Shown: one piece after another, positions 49,972-60,709 of the stretch
Layout: the number at the start of each line of letters is the position of its first letter
How positions within the stretch are numbered: position 1 is the first letter of the stretch
Source: Phoronis australis
Taxonomy: Eukaryota > Animalia > Phoronida
Direction: 5' to 3'
Assembly (NCBI GenBank): GCA_002633005.1
Contig: NMRA01000179.1
Span: 132,254 to 196,253 of the forward strand
Length of the DNA stretch: 64,000 nucleotides
Notes under the pieces: generated by a model
What the model was told of the DNA's origin: nothing
What the model saw: only the letters and a program-made list of their open reading frames with translations
Databases searched by the model: none
Program-made: the position numbers and the translations under genes

Positions 49972-52377
49972 TCATTTGCATTTCAGTTTTTTGCAGGCTA
50001 CACAGACAGCCCCAAGTAAAAGAACCACACCTAAACAACTAGCACTTACGACCAAGCCGGCAAGATTTCCAACATAGCCGCCTGCTCTCTGGGAAGAAAG
50101 TGGAATTTGCTCGTGCACTTTCCTCATAGTGGTTCCCAATTTGTTTTTGGCTTCACAGAGTATCTCGTTGTTTTGACTGTGAAACTGCCTTCCTGACATT
50201 TCAACGGTAGCCACAGTGACCAGGTCCGAGGGCCGCGTGGGGGTGATGTCGTAGCGTCCCCAGAAGCGTGAGCTCAGTGTGACAGTCGGCGGAGGATCTC
50301 CGTGAGAGGAACAGGATACGGTAACATTATGATTGTCAGAAACAGAAATGCTGACGTTAGGTTCCGATGGTTTTGAACAGGTTAACGACAGGCGGGAAAA
50401 CTCATCAACATTTGGTCCTGAATTAAAAGGCGAATGACAGGCCGGTATGCTCCATGAACTATTTCCGTCGTCGTTCTGCAAGATAAACTCTTGCAGTACC
50501 TTCAAGTGACAGTTGCAATGAATGGGTGTGTTGGATATACCAATATTCATCAATGGATATCTTTTAATGTACTTGGTAAGAAGAGACTTCGGCAGTTTTT
50601 GAAGTGGGTTTCCATCAACGGAAAAGGAGTTCAAATTACCACTGTCGGTCAGAAAGTCATCATCTATAGCCGTGATCGAATTTTGTGACAATCGGAGTTC
50701 TGTGAGTTTAGAAAGGGATCGGAAAATATTTTTTAAAATATACTGAATACTATTTCTAGAAAGATCCAACGTGTTGATGTTTTCTAAACTAAAAAAGGCG
50801 CCTTCTTTTATGATCGTAATTTCATTATCTCTGAGATTAAGCATCTTCAATCTTTGCATGGATCCGTTGAATGTGTTCCGGTCAATTGTTTCCAGCTTGT
50901 TACCAGACAGCACAAGGGTATTTAGCGATGCCAGTCCCTGAAAACTATTGTCATAAATCTTTTTGATCTTATTTCCCTCCAGAAAAAGATTTTTTAAGGA
51001 ATACAGGTTCTTAAATGCCTCTTGATCGATTCGCTCCAGATGGTTAAACGAAAGATGTATATCCTCGATTTCTGGGAGAACCTGAAATGTGCCTTTAAGA
51101 ATATTTTGTAAACGATTTTTATCTAAATTCATCGTTTTTAGATTGTTCAGCCCAATAAACGTCTTATCTGTCAAATGTTTGATGTTGTTTTTGGTCAAGT
51201 CGAGGTTGGTAATTAAAGAATTTTGTAACCCAGTGAAAGAGTTGTCTTCAATGTGCATCAGTTGACAATAGCTTAGATCAATATTGATTGCCCGGATGTT
51301 ATTCACCATACGTGCGGTGGCCGTCAACTGCTTGTTACCACCGTAGCGGATAGATAATTTTTCGGCGCGTATTGTACCACGAAGAATTGGTTGAAATGAC
51401 GATTCCACGTGAATCATTACTGTTTTTGCTTCTATATTTGGAACCTCGTTTAAAGAAAATATATCCATGTGAACAGTGTCGAGCGAATTGCTGTGTTTCA
51501 AAGCGTCTCTGTTCACATATTGTGATGAAATGTCCAGATACCACAGTTCTTTTAAGGGTTTAAGATGCAAAGCAGTGAAAACGAACAAAACGTTTCCTTT
51601 TAGATCTAGCTTTCCAAGGTTTTCTAAAGTAGCAAAGGCGTCACTGTGAATTGAGCGTATGTTGTTGTCATTCAGAAACAACTGTTTCAGATTCCGCAGT
51701 TCATGAAGCGTGCCACTCTTCAGGATAGACAGTTTATTGTTGGTCAGTTCTAGACTTTCTAACATTTTGTGCTCCGCCCAATTGCAATTCACATCACTTA
51801 TCATGTTATGTGTCAGGGACAATTGGGTAAGAGAACGCAAACCAAAGAACGTCAAATTACCCAGCACGTTTAGCTGGTTGTGAGCAAGGCTCAACGATTC
51901 CAGTAGAAACAAATCTTTGAACGCCATATCTTCTACGTGCTTAATACGATTTCTTCCGAGGTCAAGTCGCTTCAACTCATTTTGTCCTTCAAGTGACGTT
52001 GCCTTGATTTTTAGTAGTTTGTTGTTATTCAACATCAACTGGATCGTGGACGCGCTTAGAAATTGATCGGGTATGTGCCTGATATCACTGTCGGATATTT
52101 TAATAGAATGAGGCTGGGGGTAATTGGCAAAGAACAACGCAACATCCTCCATCTTTACAAATCGGCAACTTTGGAAGGAATTGGAGGGAGATCTAGGCCA
52201 ACTCTCTAAGAACGCTTTGTCGATGACACCGTCTTCGGTAGGACAGCCGTCGAGGTATTGAACACTAGTTAACCAAAGAGCAATCAAAAAATAAGTGAAA
52301 TTATCTCCCATTCTGCTTAAGCTAGAGCACAACATTACACGGCCTGTCCTCCGTGGATGCTCTTTCATAATCTCCAT
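49972..52377 (-). CDS. LRR + Ig-like single-pass transmembrane receptor, paralog B (up to 801 aa, single coding exon)
   Basis: Uninterrupted ORF with the same architecture: LRRs, NTPIHCNC LRRCT, VSCSSHGDPPP...ILCEAKNKLG Ig-like segment, TM (LAGLVVSASCLGVVLLLGAVCVAC) and tail KKLKCK. The real start may be the Met at 52311, which directly precedes the hydrophobic signal FTYFLIALWL. Confidence 0.93.
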   Translation of the reverse strand: MEIMKEHPRRTGRVMLCSSLSRMGDNFTYFLIALWLTSVQYLDGCPTEDGVIDKAFLESWPRSPSNSFQSCRFVKMEDVALFFANYPQPHSIKISDSDIRHIPDQFLSASTIQLMLNNNKLLKIKATSLEGQNELKRLDLGRNRIKHVEDMAFKDLFLLESLSLAHNQLNVLGNLTFFGLRSLTQLSLTHNMISDVNCNWAEHKMLESLELTNNKLSILKSGTLHELRNLKQLFLNDNNIRSIHSDAFATLENLGKLDLKGNVLFVFTALHLKPLKELWYLDISSQYVNRDALKHSNSLDTVHMDIFSLNEVPNIEAKTVMIHVESSFQPILRGTIRAEKLSIRYGGNKQLTATARMVNNIRAINIDLSYCQLMHIEDNSFTGLQNSLITNLDLTKNNIKHLTDKTFIGLNNLKTMNLDKNRLQNILKGTFQVLPEIEDIHLSFNHLERIDQEAFKNLYSLKNLFLEGNKIKKIYDNSFQGLASLNTLVLSGNKLETIDRNTFNGSMQRLKMLNLRDNEITIIKEGAFFSLENINTLDLSRNSIQYILKNIFRSLSKLTELRLSQNSITAIDDDFLTDSGNLNSFSVDGNPLQKLPKSLLTKYIKRYPLMNIGISNTPIHCNCHLKVLQEFILQNDDGNSSWSIPACHSPFNSGPNVDEFSRLSLTCSKPSEPNVSISVSDNHNVTVSCSSHGDPPPTVTLSSRFWGRYDITPTRPSDLVTVATVEMSGRQFHSQNNEILCEAKNKLGTTMRKVHEQIPLSSQRAGGYVGNLAGLVVSASCLGVVLLLGAVCVACKKLKCK

Positions 52378-54156
52378 ACCGACTACTGTCCGTCACTTCT
52401 TGAAAGCAAGCTCGAACATTCTGTGGAAGCGTGTGTTAGCTCTGGTGGCATCTGTTTGTTTTCTGGAAACGTCTCTGTCATTATATGTAGATAACCACGC
52501 CAGATGTCGCAAAGGTATATATTTCTTGGTTTTGTTCCAATCAGATGTCAGAAGTCATGTTCCCGCTTCTAATGATATCCGACATGTTGCGGATTATGCA
52601 AATTATTAAACGAAGCGTCCGTGCATTGGCTAGGTAACCTCACCACTGCCGTGCTTTGGATTCTACAGATTCATTTCCTGAGTCACACTAATTACTACTC
52701 TAGATAATCTCTAAACCATGACAAAATAACGGATTATATAATGGGGAAGCCGATGAAAACTCAGTTGGAAAGAAAAAGTTCAGTGAAAAAATAAAGTCTA
52801 CGTTGTAGCAACAAATCGTTGAATTGTCCAGATTGAGAATGAATATCCAAAATCAGTTAAGACTCGAGTCTCAGCCTTCTTGGATTTTTCACATTTACAA
52901 CACTCAATACTGCATAAAATGACTTCCTGGAGAACTGTGTGTACAAGTATAGGAAACAATCTGTATATAAAATGCGGCTAGAAAACACCACCATTGGCAC
53001 ACTTAAACACAAGTGAGCACATATAGAAAACCTTCGTAATTCCAAATATTACGCAATCATTATTTTGCTAGCGAAATGAACAGACTGTGCCATGTTTTAT
53101 TAAGGTAACGATGGCATATTACCATACTCATTTACATAAAATAGACTCGCAAACCGAGACTTTCGCGAGATTGTAATAGTGACTGGTTCTCGAATGGTTT
53201 CCGGCACACCGGAAAATCAGGGGTTGTTTGTAAACTATTGCTTAATTTGCATGTTCACAACTTAATGATACATAGCATCTTTAAAGTGCAAACAGTTCTT
53301 GCGTTTAAAGTTTCTCATTTTCGGGTACTTTGCCGATGAATTCGATAAAAAAGACAAAACATTGAAATTTTGTCATTAATGATTGCCCCAAACATTTTAG
53401 CAGAATATTCCATCACTCTTGGTTGCATTAAACACTTTTTCAAAACACCACATTGCTACCTAGAAATTGCTTTTAAAGTTAAAAGTTCAATTTTAGATAT
53501 CAAGACCACTTTGATTTTAAATTAAATAAGTGAGGCATTTACTATTTTCCTCTCGATATGACAATTAACGGATGCCAACAACTTCAGGGCAGCTCTGACT
53601 ATTGGTGTGCCCCCTATTAGTTTTACGCACGATTTTCCTCTGTATCTTAGGAGTTCTGCAAATGAGCTTCTACTATGAAAACGTAGCACGTTTCCGGTTT
53701 GGAATGGATTCGACGTATTGTGTACTCCTTCGTGGGAATTTTTATTATTTTCGAGTCGTTTTTGCCGTCTGCCTCTGTCCGCCAAACTGGGCAGGAGATC
53801 ATTATGAAAACGCCTGCACGGTAATGCCAACACAAGTGTGAAGTTTGTAAAACAAGGTTTACATAGGTTTTCTGTTCATTTATTACGAACTAACACCTGG
53901 AAAATCTACGCGGAAAGAGAACTTATAAGGGATTGCCGTTACACAGCAGACATCAAAATGAAATTGTAACAGTTATGATGAAGGGAACATGGAATTTGAA
54001 AAGTTAAGGCAATCGTCCCAGTTAATTTGGAATACTATGCACTTCAAGTTCTTGGGAGGGTCAGCCTTCGTCTACATTTTGTGACCATCATTCACCAGAG
54101 TAGATCGGAGCCGTTCAGTCTCCTGTAAGTATCTGGCCGGTCTTCTTTGCACTCAC

Positions 54157-54225
54157 CTTCTCAGTCTCCAGATGGTGACCAGACTCGCCCACGGGTCGCC
54201 TCCCCAGACTGCCGAACAACGTGTA
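54157..54225 (-). other. Candidate 69-nt exon (possible 5' UTR exon of LRR paralog B)
   Basis: Minus strand reads cgattttcag|tacacg...gagaag|gtgagt; strong splice signals, GC-rich, no ATG. Confidence 0.35.
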
Positions 54226-55253
54226 CTGAAAATCGATATTTCGTGAGTCCGCCAAAAGTAGTTCGAGACAATTTACAAGGAAGTGGAGCAGAAATGTGCA
54301 AAATCAAACATAATCGTTTGGCAACGCTTTTGACGTTTAATATTGCAGAACAATGTGGTTTTGTTTCGTTAGAAAATACCGCATGTGGATGCTGGCATAA
54401 ACATAAGGGGATAATAAGATTTGAAGTTAGTAAGATAATACACGCTAGTGTTGGTTTACGAAGTAAACGCTGCCTTTGTCAAAAATTAATTTTAATCTTG
54501 ATCAGTTAGTGTTAGAAAATGACCTAATTCAGTTATTCAAGGCAGAAGTAATTCCTGTGTTGGGGAAGATCTGACAGTTCATAGCGGCTAGAGGACCAGC
54601 ATGGTCAGTCAGCTGGGTGGACCGTGTGCGGGATCCTGATTAGGACAAAAAAGCGAAGTTGGTTTTGGTCTTTACCCTGGACTCATTTCAAGACCAACAC
54701 CCACAAATTAAAAAAACAACCGCCCGTATGAATTTCAGTCAGTTTCATATACTTGAAAAAGCAGCAAGTCACGTAAAGACTTTGAAGGTTTAAAAGAACT
54801 AACATCGTTTTTGCTAGTCTCTGGTGATTTTCTTTATTGGAAAGTGAGCAACTAGCGGCTTCTAGGTAGACTTGCCCGATTTAGGCAGACAGTAAATCGT
54901 CAAAACCGTAATTTCACCTGCGTGAACCGCGACGAGACGAACAGTTCAATTTCGCGAGCCCGTTGTAAATGAAGCAGTCGGTATGTTGCGACTTCAATGT
55001 TGTTTATCCAGGACCCCAAAACAACACTGTCTGACAAATATATTTATTTCAACAGTGAAGTTAAAACAATCAGCAATGAACGTTCGCCAATTTTCTACAC
55101 CGACATGTGCCTGTAAGCCATTCACATAGGAAACCACGTAAGCACTCCGGCATTTCCGTCAGAAAAATAACGTAGAAAATAAATCTGAAACTAAATAAGG
55201 CGATCCAGATCTTCCCAAGGATACTATTGTTTCATGAAATGTAGAATATAAAT

Positions 55254-55363
55254 CGGTAAATAAAACAACAAGAATGGATCAACTGAAATTTGAAATTTTC
55301 GGAAGTTATAACATCCGAAAATTTCAAATTTCAGTTGATCCATTCTTGTTGTTTTATTTACCG
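55254..55363. repeat. 110-bp near-perfect palindrome
   Basis: cggtaaataaaacaacaagaatggatcaactgaaatttgaaattttcgga-a-gtta|taac-a-tccgaaaa...tttaccg; one mismatch and no spacer. Confidence 0.92.
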
Positions 55364-58300
55364 TCAGAAAAAGACATGAAAATGCAATGAAAGTGTAACA
55401 ATTAGACAACTGAATGGAAACGAAACATTTCCAGCACAACGTCTATACAATACGTGAAATGGCTTCCTTTCAACACATCAAACAGTGGGTTACAGTTACA
55501 GCGTTCCAGAAACTCAAGAGTATATTTTTCAGGAGAGCCGGCTGTTCAGCGTGTAAAACATGGATGCGTTCAGTAGACCCCGAAACATAAGTTAAAACTT
55601 TTAGCGAAAAATCTTCGATTACGCCCACAATCCAACAATTTTGCAAGGATAGGTTGGTCAGCTTCCGAGTACACATGTTCATGTATAGTATAGTATAGTA
55701 TAGTATAGTGTGATTTTGCAAAGTTCCTAAGTCAGTGTGTTTATTTCGCAAGCAAGAAACCTGAATGGAGTTTCGTAGAACACAAGAATCTCGCTCGAAG
55801 CCAAATTATGCGACTACGCGCTTCGCTTGCAATACATGACGATATTTTTGCGACGTCTTGCATTTCTCGCGAGAAACTAGGTCCACAGAACGCTATCCTG
55901 GTAAACATAAAGGAGCTAGGAAACCCAAACAAAACCTACACCTAAGTGGAAACGAAATCGCTGGCGTAAAGAGAAATGTTGGAAAAGTTTCGGGATATAA
56001 AAGCTGCAATAGTATTCCAAAACCTACTTATAGTAAATGCTCTTGAGCACAATATTGCTCAAAAGGATTGCACTCAAGCTGCGTCTTTAGACAAACACTG
56101 AGATTCACAACATATCGCATACCACGAACTACTTTCCTGGAACCCCTTCAGACCTCTAGCTGAAAAGCAGAAGTGAGCATGACTCAAAAACTGGTTTTAC
56201 GTCGGGCTCCAGTATACAGCTTATTAGCCCAAACAGAAATGTCAAACTAAAAATGGGAACAAACTAGGAAAGCGGTAGTCAGTCTGTCCGTTGAGGCAAT
56301 CACTGAACCATCTTCATTTGGTCATCATTTTACACTTAACAATCTGAAGCCAAACGTTTCCCACCTCAAACACGAACTGTAACAACGGTTTTAAAAAGAA
56401 GTCGTTGCATGGGACATTAAAATTCCATTTCGCCTTGCTTAGTTGTCTAAAAATGAAAATCCAATTAGGCTTCAACTCTCATAAAATTCCCGTGATATGA
56501 TTCTATCTTTTCACTTCACAGACAAAGGCGTACATGCGCCATATACGAATCAACAATTTTACGGTTGGCTAACTCCAATAAACTCGGGTGCATCTGACGA
56601 TCTTGCAGGTTAGGAAATAAAACATATTAGGAAAAGGAATATTAGACCTTATTTTATGAGAGTAAAAGGAACAATTCGCTTTTGGCTTTTCATCCAACTA
56701 AACATGAAATGCAACTTTAAGATTACAAATGTTTCAGAATTAAGCTTTCATTGGGTTAAAGAGCAATTTACATTGTTTTTGGCTCCAGATTCAAAAGGTT
56801 TTGAGGAAGAGGCACATGGTTGCACACCATGCGTGGATGTATATTTCCAGTGTGAATGGACGGACGAAGCATCTCAAACCGTAACCCCTTGTACAGGTCA
56901 AGAAAGAACTTTGAACTGCCGAGGCAGCACGTACACATTATCAGTCACATTATCTCCCAACTGCCTCCCTGGGTATCCAAGGTAACAAACACGACTTTCT
57001 CCTTCAAGAAGAGCATGGGTATTCTAAGCAACTATGTTCTTTTCTCATGAACAATTCTTTTCCCACAGTCTTTTTCTCATGCACCACATATTTTATTCAA
57101 ACACATTTACATGAACCATAGCTCTTCCGCCAAACTACAGCTCGCTAGATAAGGACACGGCTGATGAGAACAGAGCAATGGTAAAATGGGTTTCAACAAG
57201 AGACGGTTGTAGTTGGAACTAAAGAATGGTGTCAGCAAAACGCCAGTGAAGGAGAAAGGCCATCAACCTTGGTCAGCACTGCTAAGACAAAGAAGTGCAG
57301 AACACAATTATACCAGACAACATTAAAACCAGCCTTGAGCTCTTCAGAAACTGTAGAGAACATTTAGGTGTCACATCCCGTAGTCCTAGCGCGACAACCT
57401 GCAGGCAACACACATGACAAAAACTTGCTTTATTCCTTTAACTTCTTTATAAATATTGCTCCAAAACAGGTCCCTTGATGTAAATTGGCCATGTTTTTAA
57501 GATTCATATGAAATGTAACATGCACAAACTGTTAACCAGACAATCCCGTTACCACACCAAAATTGCGTTTTCTTACCAAAAATAATAAAAATCAAATACA
57601 TTATTTTGCAGGTAATTTCTCAGAATATTGCAACAGAAAAGTTTCAAGAGTAGACCTCAGTTAACCAGGCATTAGGGTATGCCTATATTAGACAACTGGT
57701 TTAACTGTCAAGAGCTATGAGACAAGTCACAGCATAGTCTCTGAGGAGGTCACCAGACATCAGCCGACCATACACTTTTGGAAACTAACAACTTTTAAAC
57801 AGCTAATTAATTCAATTATCAAAGATTGAAATCTTTTTCCGCTGAATAATTTATTTGCAATAATGCCACTCTCATGGGGGCTGGGGTGGGGCTATAGCCC
57901 CCACTTTTTTCAGTGCTGCGCTGCCCATGACTCTTCCGACTGCAGAATCAGCCCCCCCCCCAAACATAAGTGTTTTGCACCTTATCACAAAAGAACAGCT
58001 GAGAAGGAACATAAAATTTACAAATGGACGACTGTACAAGCACTACACAACAGTTCTAACAGATATTTACAAGACATTCATGTCCTACTGCAGCAGTTTT
58101 CAAAATAAACTGAACAACGTCGGATACTTTGGTCTCAAATCCATTTCAATTCTGGCTAAATCTCAACAAGTATTGTTGCACGCACTTTGTTGAAATCACC
58201 CACAACTTAGGATGCAAGTCCATTCATATGTAAACAACAAGCTGCACAGCCCCATAAAATCACATTAAACTCTGACCAAATTTCGACAAAAACTTTTATT

Positions 58301-58440
58301 TTGTCATAAAACTCAACTAAGCTGCCAAATTAACCTGCCACAAAGTTCCATCATAGTTTGACGCAGCATGACAGAGTTCTGTCCACTTTACTTTGAAAAC
58401 TACTGCGTAAGTAAACAGTGACCAATATAACTTAACTCAA

Positions 58441-58652
58441 CACCAGGATTCACATACTCTTGGCTGCTACAGTGCTAAGCGGTTCACTTGAACCACCAGG
58501 ATTCACATACTCTTGGCTGCTACAGCGCTAAGCGGTTCACTTGAACCACCAGGATTCACATACTCTTGCCTGCTACAGTGCTAAGCGGTTCACTGGAACC
58601 ACCAGGATTCACATACTCTTGGCTGCTACAGCGCTAAGCGGTTCACTGGAAC
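58441..58652. repeat. Minisatellite, 4 x 53 bp, downstream of the SIK stop codon
   Basis: Unit caccaggattcacatactcttggctgctacagYgctaagcggttcactKgaac repeated four times without spacers. Confidence 0.95.
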
Positions 58653-58978
58653 CTGCAATGAGACACCGCAGGCTAAACACCATTGAAAAATAAATGTTCC
58701 AATTCAATCTTGGCAGCACCATATGTATTGAGATATCTTTTCACACCCCACTTCCAATTCACCGCGGGATGCGGGACGGCGAGGGGTAGGACGTTAGGTT
58801 ACATCCCGAGCGCAGTCGTCGACATGTTCTCTCTACAGACAACATCAAATGGCTGACAAATACTTGTACGCCTGCCAGCAAGTACGTAGGATGCAAGACC
58901 AGAATCCATTCGACTCCACGGATAATCAGATATTCCCCAACATGTTAGTCAGTATCACAGGAACTTACTCGTTGCACC

Positions 58979-60709
58979 TCACGAGTTACATTGACCCTGA
59001 ATGTCGGGGAACAACATCAGGCATTGTGACTGGTCAATGGGTAGCGGCAAGAGGGTGTCACTGTTGTTGAACGGTGGCATGACAGGCTGTTGCTGCGCCA
59101 GCTTGTAGGAGGCCTGGCGCGTCACATGTTGACGCGCCCCAACAGACACTGGCGCCTGAATAGGGCTGGCCTGCTCCAGGTGCATCTGTTGAAACTGGTG
59201 GTGTAACTGTGACTGTTGTTTCAAGATCTGCCGCTTCTGTTGTAGCCGGTGCTGCATCAACTGTTGGTGTAGCGGTTGAGCTGCTGCAGTCTGGTAGTCG
59301 GGGCGTGGCATGCCCAGCACCGTTGGCGGTGCAACAGCGCCACCTGCCAGCTCTTCGTGGCTGTTGGTGTACTCCAGCCGGCGCTCCACCTGTAGGCTGT
59401 GCTTCAATGCCAAAAACTTGTGAGGGGGTAGGTCAAAGTTCTCCGACGGCAGGCTCATTCTCTTGGCCAGCCTGGGGCGCTCTGGCTGTCGCGGCAAGGC
59501 CTCCTCCAACGACCATTGTTTCAGCTCCGGCGAACATGGTGCCTTGTACTCTGCCTCAGACTCGATGATGTTTGGGTAGTGCTGCAGAAGCTGCTGGTGT
59601 TCTTGTCTCAGTTCCAACATTCCCTTCGCCTTGTTGTCCTCGCGCAGTCTCTGGCGGAATGCTATAATTCCTTGGGTAACTAGACCATCAGATGCCCGCC
59701 TGCCCTCGCGGAAATTCACAGGCGAACGTGATTGTGCACGATCAACAGGCATGTCCTCAGACGAGCCCTCGTGCTCATTGTCCTCAAAATTAACTTTGGT
59801 GTGTAGGCTAGGTGTCACGTTGGCAAATGGTGAGTAATTGATGCCAGCACTACCACTACAAGCCATTGTGCAGGATGGCAATTCGGAAAACTGACAAGGA
59901 GGGAAATTAAGTGGAGCTTGCGAGCACGGGCTCACCGCCATGTCAAACTCTATGTTTGAGTCCACACTAGTATAGTTTGAGTGAGAACCGCTGGACACGA
60001 CACTCTGCCAGTCGTGACCACCAAGAGCTCCCTGTGACAAAGCACTCAAGTCACCAAATATATTACTTGGAGGTAGTCCCTTGAAACCTAATGTGTCAGT
60101 AAGTGTGTGGCGGCGTTGGTTAAGGTGACCCATCTCCATGTCTGCCTCAACCCCCTCGTCAATGCTTGACGTGATCATGTATGCTGGTGCCGATGACAAC
60201 GGTGGTGTCACGGACACCGGGTGTGATGGAGCACCATTGAATGGCAGCGGCAGCACGTCTGGCAGGCATCCATTGATTGCCGGCACATGCACATTGTCAT
60301 CAGCGAAGCTCACATGAGGCACCGTACTTGGTGCGTGTAACTGAGCATGTGACGATGGTGACATCACACAAGCTGATGACGTCAATGTCTGTTGCACTGC
60401 GCTGTTAAAGTTTGCCATAAAATGTTCTGTTGGATGGTAACTTATGTGCGAGTGTATCACGGAGGTCTGCGGGTGATGAAGGGGAGGAGGGTGGTGCTGG
60501 TTTGACGCTGATTGTTGATGATGTTGCTGCTGCTGCTGTGAGCTCTCCATGGCACTAACCTTCATCATGGCTTGGTCGGCTATGGTGCTCGGTCGGCGCC
60601 GCCGGGCATTCAACATATCCATTGGGAAGCTGCTACGGTGGTGTTTCAGTCTTTCCAACAACAGGAAGTATATTGCAGTGTAGTGGTCATAGGCATTGTT
60701 GCGCAGTGC
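58979..60709 (-). CDS. SIK2: Salt-inducible kinase, large C-terminal exon (UBA end, PKA/14-3-3 sites, Gln-rich tail)
   Basis: Acceptor gtcttttgcag|gca at 60709 is in phase with the upstream exon. Motifs YDHYTAIYFLLLERLK, HRSSFP, RRRPSTIADQ, RRHTL and FREGRRASDG are typical of SIK1/2. In-frame TGA at 58981-58979. Confidence 0.9.
   Translation of the reverse strand, partial: ALRNNAYDHYTAIYFLLLERLKHHRSSFPMDMLNARRRRPSTIADQAMMKVSAMESSQQQQQHHQQSASNQHHPPPLHHPQTSVIHSHISYHPTEHFMANFNSAVQQTLTSSACVMSPSSHAQLHAPSTVPHVSFADDNVHVPAINGCLPDVLPLPFNGAPSHPVSVTPPLSSAPAYMITSSIDEGVEADMEMGHLNQRRHTLTDTLGFKGLPPSNIFGDLSALSQGALGGHDWQSVVSSGSHSNYTSVDSNIEFDMAVSPCSQAPLNFPPCQFSELPSCTMACSGSAGINYSPFANVTPSLHTKVNFEDNEHEGSSEDMPVDRAQSRSPVNFREGRRASDGLVTQGIIAFRQRLREDNKAKGMLELRQEHQQLLQHYPNIIESEAEYKAPCSPELKQWSLEEALPRQPERPRLAKRMSLPSENFDLPPHKFLALKHSLQVERRLEYTNSHEELAGGAVAPPTVLGMPRPDYQTAAAQPLHQQLMQHRLQQKRQILKQQSQLHHQFQQMHLEQASPIQAPVSVGARQHVTRQASYKLAQQQPVMPPFNNSDTLLPLPIDQSQCLMLFPDIQGQCNS

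Noticed and set aside
37500-55000. VLR-like LRR cassette system or a downstream TIR exon
   Set aside because: Both LRR ORFs are complete with in-frame stops after the TM. I saw no isolated LRR cassettes or TIR-like peptides in the flanks or ORF track; a sensitive tBLASTn would be the definitive test.
58441-58652. CRISPR-like array
   Set aside because: The units are contiguous with no unique spacers, there are no cas genes, and the context is eukaryotic.
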